A stretch of DNA of 64,000 nt from Squalus acanthias. Its lineage: Eukaryota. The notes under the pieces were generated by a model. That model was not told the origin of the DNA. It saw only the letters and a list, made by a program, of their open reading frames with translations, and made no database searches. Both the position numbers and the translations under genes were made by a program. The stretch is from assembly GCA_030390025.1 (NCBI GenBank), contig CM059443.1, positions 8,308,001-8,372,000 of the forward strand, written 5' to 3'. Below are positions 1-13,749 of the stretch, piece after piece. Position 1 is the first letter of the stretch, and every line of letters starts with the position of its first letter.

Positions 1-239
1 GTGGAATTTGCCATTTCATATATCCTTGCATCAGTGTACATTTGAACGAACTCCACGGGTGTCTGGAAGAAATGGTGGAATAATACTTGCTACAAGTCTA
101 TTTCTACAAAATAAGCAAAGCCAAAATCTATTTGTTTACACAATTGTAGCTCCACATCGTTCCATTGTTTGTAATTTGCAGCCACGATTTATGTGAAAGA
201 GAATTTGATTATAACAGAGATGGATCTTTCTGGTTGAGG

Positions 240-1720
240 TGCGCATAAGATGGAACCCCTGTGATTAGGGACAAGGGACACGAGGGGAAGGAAACTAGCT
301 CTTGGCATCTGCTGTAGACCACCAGGTCAAGAGGAGGAATTGGACCAAGAAGATTGAAGTCAAGTAAGGGAGGCATCTACAGGAGCAGATGCAATTGTTG
401 TGGATAACATCAATTTATCAGGAAGAGATGAGGAATATTTAAAAGGTGCAATAGGAGAGAAAACATGATCCTGGAGACAAAATTGGATTGTTACATAGAA
501 CAATTGATCAATAAATTCCTGTAAGCAGAGGCACTGTTGAACTGGATATTAAATAATAACTAGGTAGAGCTGGTCAGAGTTCGAGAAGACTGTGGAAAAG
601 TGGTTATAATATGGTGTAGTTTAAGGTTGGGCTTAAGATGGAAAGCAGACTGAGTACAATAGAAACATTTCTCCTTCGAGAGGGAGATTTTAATGGGATG
701 AGGAGTGGGTCAACGAGACTGGACTGGAGAGCACCGTTAAATGGAGAATACATGGAAGTGGATCATGCTTAGAAATAGAATACACAGAGGAGATACATAC
801 CAGTAGAGATGGAGCATGACAGAGGGAAAAGACTGATGCAGGAAGTACTGTGGAGAACATGGGCAAAAGATTGTTCTTAAAGTATAAAGCTGTGGGCGGT
901 AGACTGAGACACACATAAAACCAAAATATCGGAGATTAGGAAACTGGTCAGAATAATTAAAATAGGAAATGGGGTTAGGATAGCAGGAAATATTGCAAGA
1001 AATTTCAACCATTCTTACAAATATAATAGTCAAAGGGGAGTTATGGCAGGAAGGTCTTGCCTATCAGGTTTCCTGCAGTTCTTTGAGGAAATGGGCCTCA
1101 GAAATCCTGTGGAGGTGATATATTTTGATTTTAAGCAAGGTTTTTTGGTACCGGCCACGAAAGAAATTAGCCCCCATCGGCGGCATCGAATAGGAGGCAG
1201 ACTTTTGAGCCGGATTGACAATTGGCTAAACCAGAGAAAGTGAAGTGTGGTTGTGAATGGAGCTGTGTTGATGTGTATAATTCTGGGCACAGTGTTACAG
1301 CAAGAATAACAAGACACTGGAAGCAGTACAGACAAGGGAAAACAAACTGATGCCTAGGTTGAGATATTGAAGTTATAACGTTCAGTTAAAGAGCCTGGGA
1401 TTCTTTACTCTGGAGGAGAGAAGACTCAGGGGAGATATTATTTAAGTATTTGAGAGCCTGAAGTGAAAATATAAATTCAACCCAATAATGTGCTTGAGAT
1501 TATCACAGATTGCAGAACAAGGAGACCTGGGCGCAAACTGAGAAAAGAGGAGCACAGGCAGTTTAGATTTAACCACTTTACCGAGAGGAGGTGAATGTGT
1601 GGAATAGACTGCCCACCAAAGCAGTGGAGGCAGGTTGTGCAGAAAAGTATAAGAGAGAATTGGATAGATGTTTGAGGGAGTGGGTGATTGAGATATATTA
1701 GATTTCCGGACCTGCCAGAT
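240..1720 (+). mobile_element. Old, heavily degraded CR1 LINE remnant
   Basis: Residual CR1 ORF2 motifs: GRSCLSGFLQFFEE...VEVIYFDFKQGF (1043-1243), RRLRGDII near 1420, and a CR1-like 3' end near 1700; many stops. Confidence 0.65.
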
Positions 1721-2102
1721 GTCTTTTCTGGTTCTGTATTCTTCCTGATTTCCATGTTCCTTTTTAAAATATTTTTCTCAGGATTTGGGCATCGCTGGCA
1801 AGGCCGCATTTTTTACCCACTCCCAGTTACTCTGAGAATGTGGTGATGGGCCTTCTTCCTGAACCACTGCTGTCCTTGTCGGGATGTTGGGTGATTGATG
1901 GTTCATGGGAATGTTTTGCTCACATTAAGTTAGTTGCATAGTTGAGGATGACAAGTGCACCACTGGACAGAGCAGTGACTCCAGCTGATATATTCTTGTC
2001 CCAGAAACTATGGGCAGGTTTGGTTAAATAGTCTAAAATTGTTCTCCATCATGCCCAGTATCAAACCAACAATTCTGACCCTGTAGCATTTGCATCACTC
2101 AC

Positions 2103-2225
2103 CAAGTCTCCAAATTGATTCATGGCCATTTCATACATCGAATTTCCTTTACTATACTGATCATTGTGAGCTGCAATCTTCTCCAGGTTTTCCAGCCATA
2201 CTACTCTCCTGGTCTGATCTTCTTC
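2103..2225 (-). CDS. Cathepsin L/K/S-like cysteine protease, coding exon 2 (I29 propeptide)
   Basis: 123-nt phase-0 exon bounded by tgtgcag| and |gtgagt; encodes EEDQTRRVVWLENLEKIAAHNDQYSKGNSMYEMAMNQFGDL, the ERFNIN-like and MNxFGD motifs of the cathepsin L-subfamily propeptide. Confidence 0.9.
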
Positions 2226-3301
2226 CTGCACAAAGAAGCTTGAGTTACTGTAATATACTGTCAGCAGCACCCAACGCTCTATGTTATTTCTTGGATTCAA
2301 GTAAATGGAAGACACTGTTGGCCAAGTTATGAACAGTGTGTTTGGTCCGTGAATGAAGATAACTGAATATCCAAGTAGGGGTCGACAGCATTTGATGTCA
2401 GCCACAGCAGTAGAAGAGATTGGAACAATGGAAGGTGATTGATGGCCAAGATCATCAAAATTAGATTCGGAGGGGAAAAGTGAACCAAACAATCAGACTT
2501 CTCTCTTGGACAGAGCTAGCAATAGAACCATCAGGAGCAAAGAAAGGAAAAGAGGAATCAAAGAAGCTTCCAGAGACGGTTTTGGCAAGAATTAGAAAGA
2601 ACCATAAGGGTAACAAGACCAGTTCATGCTTCATTTCGATAAAGTATGATTAACAATGGATTTAAACTGTGAGCAAAGAAACTAGGAGATGAATACAGTT
2701 TAACAAATCTGAAGCAAGGTTTGAGATTACACAGTATTTCTTTCCCACAGAACATTAGACATATGGAATAGATTACTGGCTGACCCAGATCACGGTATGT
2801 CAGACAGGAGTTGGATAAACAGGCATCATACTTGCACCCCTAGTGGTGTGGGAACCTACCATTCACACACTAATTAAGGGAGCTCCCCGTGATCCTGCAA
2901 ACTTCAGCAGGATGAGTGCTGGAGATCCCGTTGCAGATTTGCAGTCCCATTTTCATCAGGTTGCCCAGTGATGTGCAAATTTAGGTTCTTGGGAAGTGTG
3001 AACGCAGCCTAATTCTAGAGAGTCATGATTGGCTGCTTCTCTGCCATTACCATAATTTGTGTTTTACAAATTTAACTTGAAGAAATGGACAACAGCTACA
3101 CTGTCAGTGGTTGGTATTAAATACCTAAATCACCATGGAAGGACATTTTGAGGGAAACCCTGCTCTTCGATTACTGCTGTGGGATACTCGCATCCAACTG
3201 AACAACATTAACAGGCAGATGTGGCCACAGTTTAGATAAATCCCCCAAACAATGCAATTGTCCCTCAGCGCTCTACTAGAGTGTCAGCCTTGATTTCTTA
3301 C

Positions 3302-3424
3302 CATGCTAGGGTAGGTCTTCCCATAAGACTGCTTCCAGATTTCCCATTCATCATCTATAATTGGGTTAGCCGACACCATGGAGACAACAGTCAGGATGCA
3401 CATCACAAAGAGGGAAAGATCCAT
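3302..3424 (-). CDS. Cathepsin L/K/S-like protease, coding exon 1 (signal peptide and start of propeptide)
   Basis: ATG at 3424 gives MDLSLFVMCILTVVSMVSANPIIDDEWEIWKQSYGKTYPSM|gtaaga: hydrophobic signal peptide plus WxxWKxxYGKxY motif; acceptor ttttattgcccacag| puts the exon start at 3478; joins 2225 in frame. Confidence 0.9.
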
Positions 3425-4029
3425 GGTGAAGTGTTTAACACGTCAAACGTGTCACAGGGTCGATGTCTTTGTGAAAAGCTGTGGGCAATAAAATAAGAAG
3501 AACATGATGAGATGATGCAAGACCATAATCTCACATTCCTACCCTCATTATTAAGATCCACTGTGAACAAACCAATATTCTTCGTGTCACCTGAAGACAG
3601 AGCTGCCTGTCGCTTCAGATTTGACTAACTCGAAGTTCCCAATCAGTAATACATTGATCCCAGGAATCTGTGATTTCCACTGAATTTGTCCTCATAATAA
3701 ATCTGAGTTTAGAAATACTGTTAGTAATTTTAGTGGAAAACACTGATGCGTTTGTTTGACATTCTTCTGTCTGCTATGTGTTAGCCCATTTATTTTACGT
3801 TAATTTCTCCGCTCCAATGTTTAAAAGTTTTCAATCTAGTTTCCTTTCCTACATAGCATTTAATTACACTGTACAATATTATAGCACACACATTCCCTCC
3901 AATCGAGCAGACTTTCTTTGCTGTGTTAAAGTGCTAAACCGCAGTGTTATTTCAGACTATTAATTGTAGATTAATATCAGACCATTCACTCGATTACAGT
4001 AGATGTAAGAAAAACTATATTGCACTCAC

Positions 4030-4119
4030 CTCACAAAGACACCTCTGTTTCTTCTTAAGCCACACAAACCACTGGAGACCAACCTGTGCTGTACTGGAGT
4101 TTGGTTTGGGCTTTATATA
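4030..4119 (-). promoter_or_regulatory. TATA box and non-coding first exon of the cathepsin gene
   Basis: Minus-strand TATATAAA at 4119-4112, followed about 85 nt downstream by a consensus donor GAG|GTGAGT at 4030/4029; a non-coding exon 1 is typical of cathepsin L genes. Confidence 0.7.
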
Positions 4120-4905
4120 CTCTTAGAAGACGCAAAATAAACTAATTACCTCCTAAATTCCATCAATTAGTTCACAGGGCCTTAAGGCCAAGCATTATCT
4201 TTGTGCCTTTTGATCTAAAATGATCTGCCACCTGTTTGTTCCGAGGCTTCGACCATCAAGCCCCATCAGTCACCCAAATCACACACAAATACTCGATGTG
4301 CTGTTAATAACATAGTCTTAAAAGATAATGAGGTGATGCTAATCTTATTTTCATGATGCTGGTTGATGGTTTCTCGGTGGAAAATCCTATTTGCTTTTGA
4401 GGATTGTTGGCTGTACATTTCTGTGACGCTGCCTTCATGCCCCAGGGCTGTTTCCATGGCAATTATCCAATTTCCACTGCCTTCGGCGGGTGAGACTTTT
4501 CAGTTAACAGGTGAGCTGGATTCCTCCGATCACTGTGGAGCCCATAATGTGATGACAGGCACCCGAAGCACCTCCGCACCAGGACTGCATCATCAGCTCC
4601 TTGTGTGTGTACCAGCACCACAGAAACCTTCACCAAAATCTGTTCATTTCTCATGACAAACGTTTTCTTTTACAATATGTTTCTCATTCCACTGAATGAA
4701 ATCTTCGCCAACCCATTTGCAATGTTGCGAGAACCAGGACAATTCTCAGCTCAGAGTTGTGTCGATTTCAGGGACACTCTTGGCCTGGAAGTTCCTGCGT
4801 ATTTGCTGCAGGAGAAACGTGCGTAAATTAAATACGCCCAAATCTCCTCTTTCTTCTACGATCATCTATCGACACCTCCGCCCAAACGCATCTCTGCCCA
4901 AATGT

Positions 4906-6454
4906 CCCCATCCTCAATGATGGCTGAGCCCAGCACATGAGTGCAAAAAACAAAGCTGAAGCGTTCAGCCAGGAGTGGCGATTGGATGATCCATCTCGGC
5001 CTCCTCCTGAGGTCCCCACCATCACAGAAGCTAGCCTTCAGCCAATTCGACTCAATCCACGTGATATCAGGAAACGGCTGAGTGCACTGGATACGGCAAA
5101 GGATATGGGCCCCGACAGCATCCCAGCTGTCGTACTGCATGCTGGTGCTCCAGAATTGGCACGGTTCTAGCCAAGCTGTTCCAGTACTGCTACAACACTG
5201 GCATCTATCCGACAATGTGGAAAACTGCCCAGGTATGTCCTGTCCACAAAAAGCAAGACAATTCCAAAATGGCCAATTACAGCCCCATCAGTCTACTCTC
5301 AATCATTAGCAAAGTGACGGAAGGTGTCGTCAACAATGCAATCAAGCAGCACTTACTCACCAATAACCTGCACACTGATGCTCAGTTTGAGTTTTGCCAG
5401 CTCAGCTCCAGACCTCATTACAGCCTTGGTCCAAACATGGACAAAAGAGCTGAATTTCAGAGGTGAGGTGAGAGTGACTGCCCTTGACATCAAGGCAGCA
5501 TTTGACTGAGTGTGGCATCAAGGAGCCCTAGTAAAATTGATGCCAATGGGAATCAGGGGAAAACTCTCCACTGGCTGGAGTCATGCCTACCACAAAAGAA
5601 GATGGTTGTGGTTGTAGGAGGCCAATCATCTCATCCCCAGGACATCGCTGCAGGAGTTCCTAGGCCCAACCATCTTCAGCTGCTTCATCAATGGCCTTCC
5701 CTCAATCATAAGGTCAGAAGTGGGGATGTTCGCTGATGATTGCACAGTGTTCAGTTCCATTCACAACTCCTCAGATAATGAAACAGTCCATGCTCACTGC
5801 AGCAAGACCTGGACGGCATTCAGGCTTGGGCAAGTAACATTCGCGCCACACAAGTACCAGGCAATGACTATCTCCAACAAGCAAGAGTTGAACGACGGCC
5901 CCTTGACATTCAATGGCATTACCATCACCGAATCCCCTACCATCAACATCCTGGGAGTCACAATTGACCAGAAACTTAACTGGACAAGACACATAAATAG
6001 TGTGGCTACAAATACAGGTCAGAGGCTGGGTATTCTGCGGTCTCACCTCCTCAAAGCCTATCCATCATCTACAAGGCACAAGTCAGGAGTGTGATGGAAT
6101 ACTTTCCACTTGCCTGGATGAGTGCAGCTCCAACAACACTCAGGAAGCTTGACACCATCCATGACAAAGCACCCCACTTAATTGGCACCCCATCCACCAC
6201 CTTAAACATTAACTCCCTCCACCACTGGTGCACTGTGGCTGCAGTGTGTACAATCTACAAGATGCACTGCAGCAGCTTGCCAAGGCTTCTTCGACAGCAC
6301 TTCCCAAACCCGTGACCTCAACACCTAGAAGGACAAGGGCAGCAGGAGCATGGGAACAGCATCACCTCTAAATTCCCCTCCAAGTCACACACCATCCTGA
6401 CTTGGAAATATATCACTGTTCCTTCATCGTCGCTGGGTCAAAATCCTGGAACTC
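4906..6454 (+). mobile_element. 5'-truncated, frameshifted non-LTR retrotransposon (RT region, CR1/L2/Jockey group)
   Basis: ORF pieces GPDSIPA, WKTAQVCPVHKK..NYSPISLLS, ALDIKAAFD, MFADD, LGVTIDQKLNW; related 3' fragments at about 1770-1880 and 52518-52790 (-). Confidence 0.85.
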
Positions 6455-6572
6455 TTTTTAATTGATGTTAGCCGTGGATAATTTAGTAGCACTCGTTTCT
6501 TTGAATCAGAAGGTTGTGGGATCAAGTCCCACTCCAGAATTTGACTGCAACATCTAGGCTGACACTCCAGTG

Positions 6573-7013
6573 TGAAGGGATAATTACTAGTCCTAGCTCC
6601 TTTAGGGCTACCCCGGATCAGGCGTATTCCTCAGACGTTCACTTTCAACTAAAGTTTGAGGTAGCCGAATCCTAAAGTTGCTTAATTGGGTCTAAAGGTC
6701 CGGACTATCTCTCCCTAAAGGAAAGGAACAACCTGAAAATGTTACCGTCCTCCAGACAGCACTTTTAATAAGTTTAGCTAGACTGTAAAGTTCCGGATAT
6801 TATGAGGGTCCGGAAAACTCCCCCAGAATTCTGCAACTCCTCACCAAAGAGCGTACAGAGATTGAGTTTGTGAGTTTGATACAGAAGTCTTATGTGAGAC
6901 AATTCTAAAAATATATAGATTTATTAAAGAACCGACATGTATTTTACAGTTGGTGAGTCAATCGCAACATTAACAGTTCCAAAAAGAGAAAGCTTTACAA
7001 TCTTATTATCAGA
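6573..7013 (-). mobile_element. Partial LTR (3' ~440 bp of the LTR at 12214-13331)
   Basis: Reverse complement matches 12892-13331 with few differences; abuts a SINE head at about 6470-6572. Confidence 0.85.
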
Positions 7014-7340
7014 TCCCTCCATGGCCTCTCCCCTCCCTATCTCTGTAATCTCCTGCAGTCCCACAAACCTCCAAGATATCTGCGCTCCTCTAATTCTGGC
7101 CTCTTGAACATCCCCGAATTGAATCGCTCCACCATTGGTGACCATGCTTTCAGCTGCCAAGGTATTCCCTCCCTAAATCTCTCTCCCTCTCATTCCTCCT
7201 TCAAGATGCTCCTTAAAACCTATTTTGTTGACCATGCATTTCCCTCGGTGTCAAGTTTTATTTTATAATGCTCCTGTTAAGTGCCTGAGGACATTTTACT
7301 ACGTTAAAGGAGCTATATAGATACAAGTTGTTGTTGTTGA
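7014..7340 (+). mobile_element. L2-type LINE 3' end
   Basis: ccctccatggcctc...aaaggagctatatagatacaag(ttg)n tail; same family at 10280-10718, 39990-40318, 56870-57370 and 59575-59815. Confidence 0.75.
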
Positions 7341-9113
7341 AGACATTAATTAGGTGAAGTGTCAGACATAAAGGCCATCGAATTGTATATCTTTGCAGAT
7401 AACATTAGTTTTGAGACAATGGGAGGCCAATGAGCACGTCGCAGAGCAGCTTGCATTCTGGGATTAGAATGGGTCTTCGTTCAAATGCCCAGGTAAGGAG
7501 GGGCCGAGCTGATCAGACAATGTAGTTGCCAGGAGCTCCCACCAAAAAGGAGGGGGTAGCATCTAATTCAATGTGATAACTTTGTTTGCCAGCTTGGTAA
7601 GCCAGTCCTCAGCACGTTGAGCTGAGGAAAGGGGTCAGAGGTCAGTGCTTGTGTCTCCATCACTCTCTGGCGAGGACATTCTCTGGAACAGTGAGAGACA
7701 CAGAGAGAGAGAGGTCTCAATTTCTAGTCATTTAGAGAAAGGCTGAGAGAATTTGAGAGGATGAGATATGAACCCTGATAACCTGTGAGAGAAACTATTA
7801 GTGCCAGTTAGTTCAGGGACTGCTAACTTTCAACTGAGTTCAGCCTCTAATATCAGCAGAGTTACCTACTTTGTCATTTTACTGCATGAGCAGAGATAGA
7901 AAGTAGACGAATCTCGCTGTGAAATCTGTATTCTGTTCATTCATATATCTCATTGACAATAAACCAATTGGTTAGATCCTAATTGTCCCAAAAGAGTTCT
8001 TTTCCCTCCAGCTTTGGAAAAGATAGGAAAGCGCAAGTTTCAGCAGGTGGAAGATCAGCGTATCCAGTACACACAATGAGAAACTGTCTCCATTCCTCGG
8101 CCATCACACTGAAAGTATCGTAAGTTGATCAATTTGCACTGCAACAATCTTAGTATAGAGGGGTGCAGATCACATGGAAAGTAGATTCTGTTCAGCCAGT
8201 AGAGGAAGATTTTAAGGCAACTCACAGTGTATTTTTCCCCTTTTGACCAGGTTATAAAATATGGACAAGACACATGCAAAGAGAGAGAGAAGGAGAAGGG
8301 GTCTCCAAGTTATGAGGAGACGCACAGAGCCAAACTTGTTTTCTTTGGAGAAAAGAAGATTAGCCCTGAGAGGTGGGTGTAAGCAGGCTAGCTGGTCTGT
8401 GTAGAAAGCATCCAGGATTTTTTCACCTTACCAAGGAATGATCTGAAGCAGACTCACAGCAAAGGCAATTGTTGTAACATTGATTAATCCCCATGAGTAG
8501 TTGGGAAAGGGACTGAGAGTTAGAAGGTACGTTTTGACTGAGATGATCAAATACTCCACAGGACATGACGCAATAGTTCCTGTGTTACGTGGGCCAGAGT
8601 GGGGCTATCAGTGGAGGACATCTGCTCAGGTACAAATTGCAAGAATAGATGATGTTGATCACAGGGTAGATAGCATGCTGACTGTGGAAGCAGAGAGCTT
8701 GATGTACTCAATGGCCTTTTCTCATTCCATGGTTTCTTCTGTAATTGCTGTGATTTTTATGCTTTCTCATAAAGACCACAGACAGAGTGAAGTACAGAAT
8801 CCAGTCACAGGACGAGCTATTTAGTTTTTGTCTGGAGTGAACATCTGAATTTTCCTCTTCCTGCCCACTCCAACATACCCTCCCATCTGCTCTGTACCTC
8901 CAACACTCATCTTCTATTCACTTTGTGTCTTTACGATTCCTCTCCCTTGTGTCCTCACAATCCATCCTCCTCTCTGGTCCAAGATGATCCTGTTGTTCCG
9001 GTGTGTTATCAGATCTCGATGTCTGCCCAGTGTCTCCAATAATCGCTACGATTCCAAGGTGTCCCAGACCACTAGGTATTTATGGGAAATCCCCCCTCTC
9101 CAGGATCCTTTCT

Positions 9114-10152
9114 GCCTCCTCCATCTCGAGAAGTCCCATCACCATCTCGGATATCAACCCCACCTCAGCCTAAATGGCCATCACACAAGTTACTTCATCT
9201 TTTTATTGTGTTAGAGTCTCTGAACCTTGTGTAAAGGTACTCAAATCTCTCCAGGTAAAACAGAAAATGCTGGAAGTACCCAGCAGGTCCAACAGACTGG
9301 AGAAGAAGACAGGTTAACGCTTCAAGTTGAGACACTTATCTCTAATCTTCTTAACCTACGTGCTTAATAAACCATCAACAATGGACACTAAGATGAGATT
9401 GATGCCCAGGGTTAAATTATCTCAGACATCCATAACTAAACCAATTCTAACGTCTAAATACACTGATTATCCATTAACGGGGATCACAGGCTTCCAGGCA
9501 GGACTGACGGTAACAAAGATGTGTGTTTCATGAATTCTAACTTGGCAATTGATAGCATCTCATAGCTCTATGCGAACTTGGAGCAATAATTTAATGCACA
9601 CCCCTTCGATCCTGGGCATGGGAATCATCTAAAACTTCGCACACCAAGCCTGGGGTTGGATTATCTGTCCTTATCTCCAGGAAAATGTCGGCAATTAAAT
9701 ATCTCTGCCCTGTGAGTTAATCCTTTAATTGGTTTACAGCACTTTTGAATAATTTCTGCAATTCATATTTTCATTTCTTTATCCTGCTTCCTGAGCAGGT
9801 GAACTGATTTGTCTTTAAAATTTTATTTAATTGTTCTTCATTTAGATTTATTCACCCATCTATCAGCCTTGTTTGAAGATAATCACCTGCAGAATTTGTG
9901 CTTTTCGGAACTAATGATAGGGCCACAGGGAGCTCAGTGAGATTCTCCCTGATCTAAATATAAAGGATAGAATAACAAAGGCAATTCTTTGATGACAAAC
10001 CAATTACCACGAGGCACAATACAGTATAAAGATGGCGCTCATTATTAATAATATTATCAATATAGTTTTTCATCTGCGAATGGAACTCCAGGTTGTAATG
10101 CCCAGGAACCTGAGGTAATTTGTGATGATGCAGTTAACCTAGTTTTCACTGA
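9114..10152 (+). repeat. Local duplication, copy A
   Basis: Near-identical direct copy of 11372-12213 plus 13332-13549 (twin ORFs MRHLSLIFLTYVL... at 9327 and 11582). Confidence 0.9.
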
Positions 10153-10279
10153 CCCTTTTCTGTTACTGCAATCACACAAAATGGAAAAACTAAGTTGGCT
10201 GTTCAGTAATATTTGCGACCTGCTCCATGCTAATCTGTTCCATGCCATGAGGACCAGTCCACGTGGCCTCTAAATGTGA

Positions 10280-10718
10280 TGTCATGGGTCCCAGTCCAGC
10301 AACGCCTCGATTTTAAAATTCTGATCCTTGTGTTCAAGTCCCTCCATGTCCTCACCCATCCCGATCTCTGTAAACTCCTCCTGCCTTACAACTTTCCGAG
10401 AACACTGACTTCCTCCAAATCTGGTCTCTTGCGCATCCCCGATTTCCTTCGCCCCTCCATTGGTGGCTGTGCCTTCAGCCATCTAAGCCCTAAGCTATGG
10501 GATTCCCTGCCTAAACCTCTCTGCCACTCCACCTCTCTCATCGCCTTTAAGACGCACCATAGAAACTATGTTTTAGGACAACAACAACTTGCTTTTATAT
10601 AGCGCCTTAAATGTATCAAAATGTCCCAAGACGATTCGTAGAAACATTATCAAACATAATTTGACACCGAGCCACATAAGGAGATATTAGCACAGGTGAC
10701 CAAAAGCTTTGTCAAAGA
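10280..10718. mobile_element. Two L2-type fragments, tail-to-tail
   Basis: WVPVQQRLDFKILILVFKSLH (+) followed by an inverted (caa)n tail copy from 10578. Confidence 0.75.
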
Positions 10719-10769
10719 GCATGGTCAAACACTGCTGCACTATTGGAGGTGAATTCACAGGATCGCGAG

Positions 10770-11371
10770 ATAGTTACACATGAGGAAGTCCATTCAGTCG
10801 ACCATCATTTAACTATCCAGCGAGATCCCCAAATCCATCCATTGTAGCATCCAATTCTTTCTTAAACAATTCCAGGGTTTTTGCCTCCACTACTCTATCT
10901 GGAAGCCCATTGATCGCTCTCTGTGTGAAGAAGAATTTCCTGATTTCAGGCCTCAAATTACCTTTTTCCAGTTTGAACCTGTGACCTTTGCTGTACTCCC
11001 ACAATTAACTTGATGGTAATATTTGGGGTTTACTATTTCCATTCGCTCAACAATTTTATATACCTCTACAAGATCAACTCTCAGAGTCCACTGTTCCAGG
11101 ATATTAAAAACCCAAGTATCTCCAGTCTTTCCTCATAACTCAAGCCCCTAAAACCAGGGAGCAGCCTCTTCTCTGCACAGCTTCCATTGCTTGAGTGTTT
11201 CTCTTATTTCGTGGCGACCAGAACTGGACAATATTTTCCAGGAGCAGTCCGACTAGAGCACTATAAATTTTGATCACTCCCTCCTCTAACTTGTATTCTA
11301 TTTTCTTGGAAATGTAGTTCAACATCCTATTGGCTTACTTCATTGTTGCTTGTACAGGTTGGACATGTTTA
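10770..11371 (-). mobile_element. CR1 LINE 3' fragment
   Basis: IYSALVGLLLENIVQFWSP and GHRFKLEKGNLRPEIRKFFFTQR motifs. Confidence 0.8.
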
Positions 11372-13549
11372 GCCTCCTCCATCTCTACAAGTCCCATCAC
11401 CATCTCGGATATCAACCCCACCTCAGCATAAATGGCCATAACACAAGTTACTTCATCTTTTTATTGTGTTAGAGTTTCTGAACCTTGTGTAAAGGTACTC
11501 AAATCTCTCCAGGTAAAACAGAAAATGCTGGAAGTACCCAGCAGGTCCAACAGACTGGGGAAGAAGACAGGTTAACACTTCATGTTGAGACATTTATCTC
11601 TAATCTTCTTAACCTACGTGCTTAAAAAACCATCAACAATGTGCACTAGGATGAGATTGATGCCCAGGGTTAAATTATCTCAGACATCCATAACTAAACC
11701 AATTCTAACGTCTAATTACACTGATTATCCATTAACAGGGATCACAGGCTTCCAGGCAGGACTGACGGTAACAAAAATGTGTGTTTTATGAATTCTAACT
11801 TGGCAATTGATAGCATCTCATAGCTCTTTGAGAGCTTGGAGCAATAATTTAATGCACACCCCTTCGATCCTGGGCATGGGAATCATCTAAAACTTCGCAC
11901 ACCAAGCCTGGGGTTGGATTATCCTGTCCTTATCCCCAGGAAGATGCCTGTAATTAAATATCTCTGCCCTGTGAGTTAATCCTTTAATTGGTTTACAGCA
12001 CTTTTGAATAATTTCTGCAATTCATATTTTCATTTCTTTATCCTGCTTCCTGAGCAGGTGAACGGATTCGCTTTTAAAATTTTATTTAATTGTTCTTCAT
12101 TTAGTTTTATTCACCCATCTATCAGCCTTGTTTGAAGATATTCACCTGCAGAATTTGTGTTTTTCTGAAATAATGATAGGGCCACAGGGAGCAAAAGCTC
12201 AGTGAGATTTTCCTGTGAAGGAATAAGCCATATAACCTATTCAGAAAAATACACCATTCTATGAAAGAATTCTGGCCTTATTAAAACATGACAAACTGGG
12301 TTTGGAAATCTAGAAACTTAACTATGAAAAAGCTGTGATAGCATTCTGGCTATTGAGATAAGATAGTTGTTGACACTGAATCAATAACCTTATTGAAACA
12401 GAAGGTTAAAGTCTCCTGACAGACTGACCTTTGGGAACAAAACAATAGTTCACCCTGGTTAAGGTGTTCTAATTTACACTTCGTAAAGAAGCACAAACAT
12501 CTGCCTTCGTAAAAATGACATCAAGTAAAACGCACCTGCTGTTACACCGTTAAACTTAGAACACCTAGAGGAGAGACGTAATTCTGTATTGCTACCAGCT
12601 GAGGTGACTGTAAGAATTGCAGGGGTCAGCAGAAAAATGAATAGAGATAATTAGCTTACATCAGCAGAAAACCTTAAAGGAAATACCACTGGAAAAGGGT
12701 ATAAATATTGAACTCTCAAATGGGATAGTAGACTCGCTGTAATCGGGCAAAGCGATTCTCGGCTTCAGAGGCGGCTCTGTAAATCTCCAACTCTGTATCT
12801 TGAGGATCAAAGGTATTTGATTTTGGTGGATATCCTGTAGAAAACTAAGAACTGTAAAACTGTAGCGAAGTTAAGATTTGAGAGTAGGTTCTCTGATAAT
12901 AGAATTGTAAGCTTTCTCTTTTTGGAACTGTTCATGTTGCGATTGACTCACCAATTGTAAATTACCTGTCGGTTCTTTAATAAATCTGTATATTTTTAGA
13001 ATTGTCTCACATAAGACTTCTGTATCAAACTCGTGAACTCAATTTCTGTACACTCTTTGGTGAGGAGTTGCAGAATTCTGGGGGAGTTTTCCAGACCCTC
13101 ATAATATCCGGAATGTTACAGTCTAGCTAAACTTATTAAAAGTGCTATCTGGAGGACGGTAACATTTTCAGGTTGTTCCTTTCCTTTAGGGAGAGATAGT
13201 CTAGACCTTTAGACCCAATTAAGCGTCTTTAGGATTCGGCTACCTCAAACTTTAATTGAAAGTGAACGTCTGAGGAATATGCCTGATCCGGGGTAGCCCT
13301 AAAGGGGCTAGGACTAGTAATTATCCCTTCACTCCCTGATCTAAATATAAAGGATAGAATAACAAAGGCAATTCTTTGATGACAAACCAATTACCACAAG
13401 GCACAATACAGTATAAAGATGGTGCTCATTATTAATAATATTATCGATATAATTTTTCATCTGCAAATGGAACTCCAGGCTATAAAACTTACTCAAATGC
13501 CCAGGAACCTGAGATACCTTGTCATGGTGGGGTTAACCAGATTTCACTG
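11372..13549 (+). repeat. Local duplication, copy B (interrupted by a solo LTR)
   Basis: Colinear with 9114-10152 except for the 1.1-kb insert at 12214-13331. Confidence 0.9.
12214..13331 (+). mobile_element. Solo LTR (probably Gypsy/ERV type)
   Basis: TG...CA ends with inverted termini TGAAGGAATAA / TTATCCCTTCA; TATAAA near 12700 and AATAAA near 12979; imperfect 4-bp TSD (ttcc/ctcc) defined by the empty site in copy A near 9945. Confidence 0.8.
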
Positions 13550-13749
13550 AAGACAAGGACACCAATGGTGAAGTGATGAAAATTGGGGATGTGTAAGAGG
13601 CCAAAATTGGAGGAGATCTTGGAGGGTTGTAGGGCTGGAGGAGGTTACAGAGATAGGAAGGGGCGAGGCCATGGACTTCTCTGTGCCTTTTTGGAGACTG
13701 ACTGCAAATGTACCATCACTCTCTCATGTTTATATTAAATATCGGGAAG

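Noticed and set aside
1-103. Next cathepsin exon after a minus-strand acceptor-like site
   Set aside because: Stops in all three frames and no cathepsin motif; the remaining exons are probably outside the window
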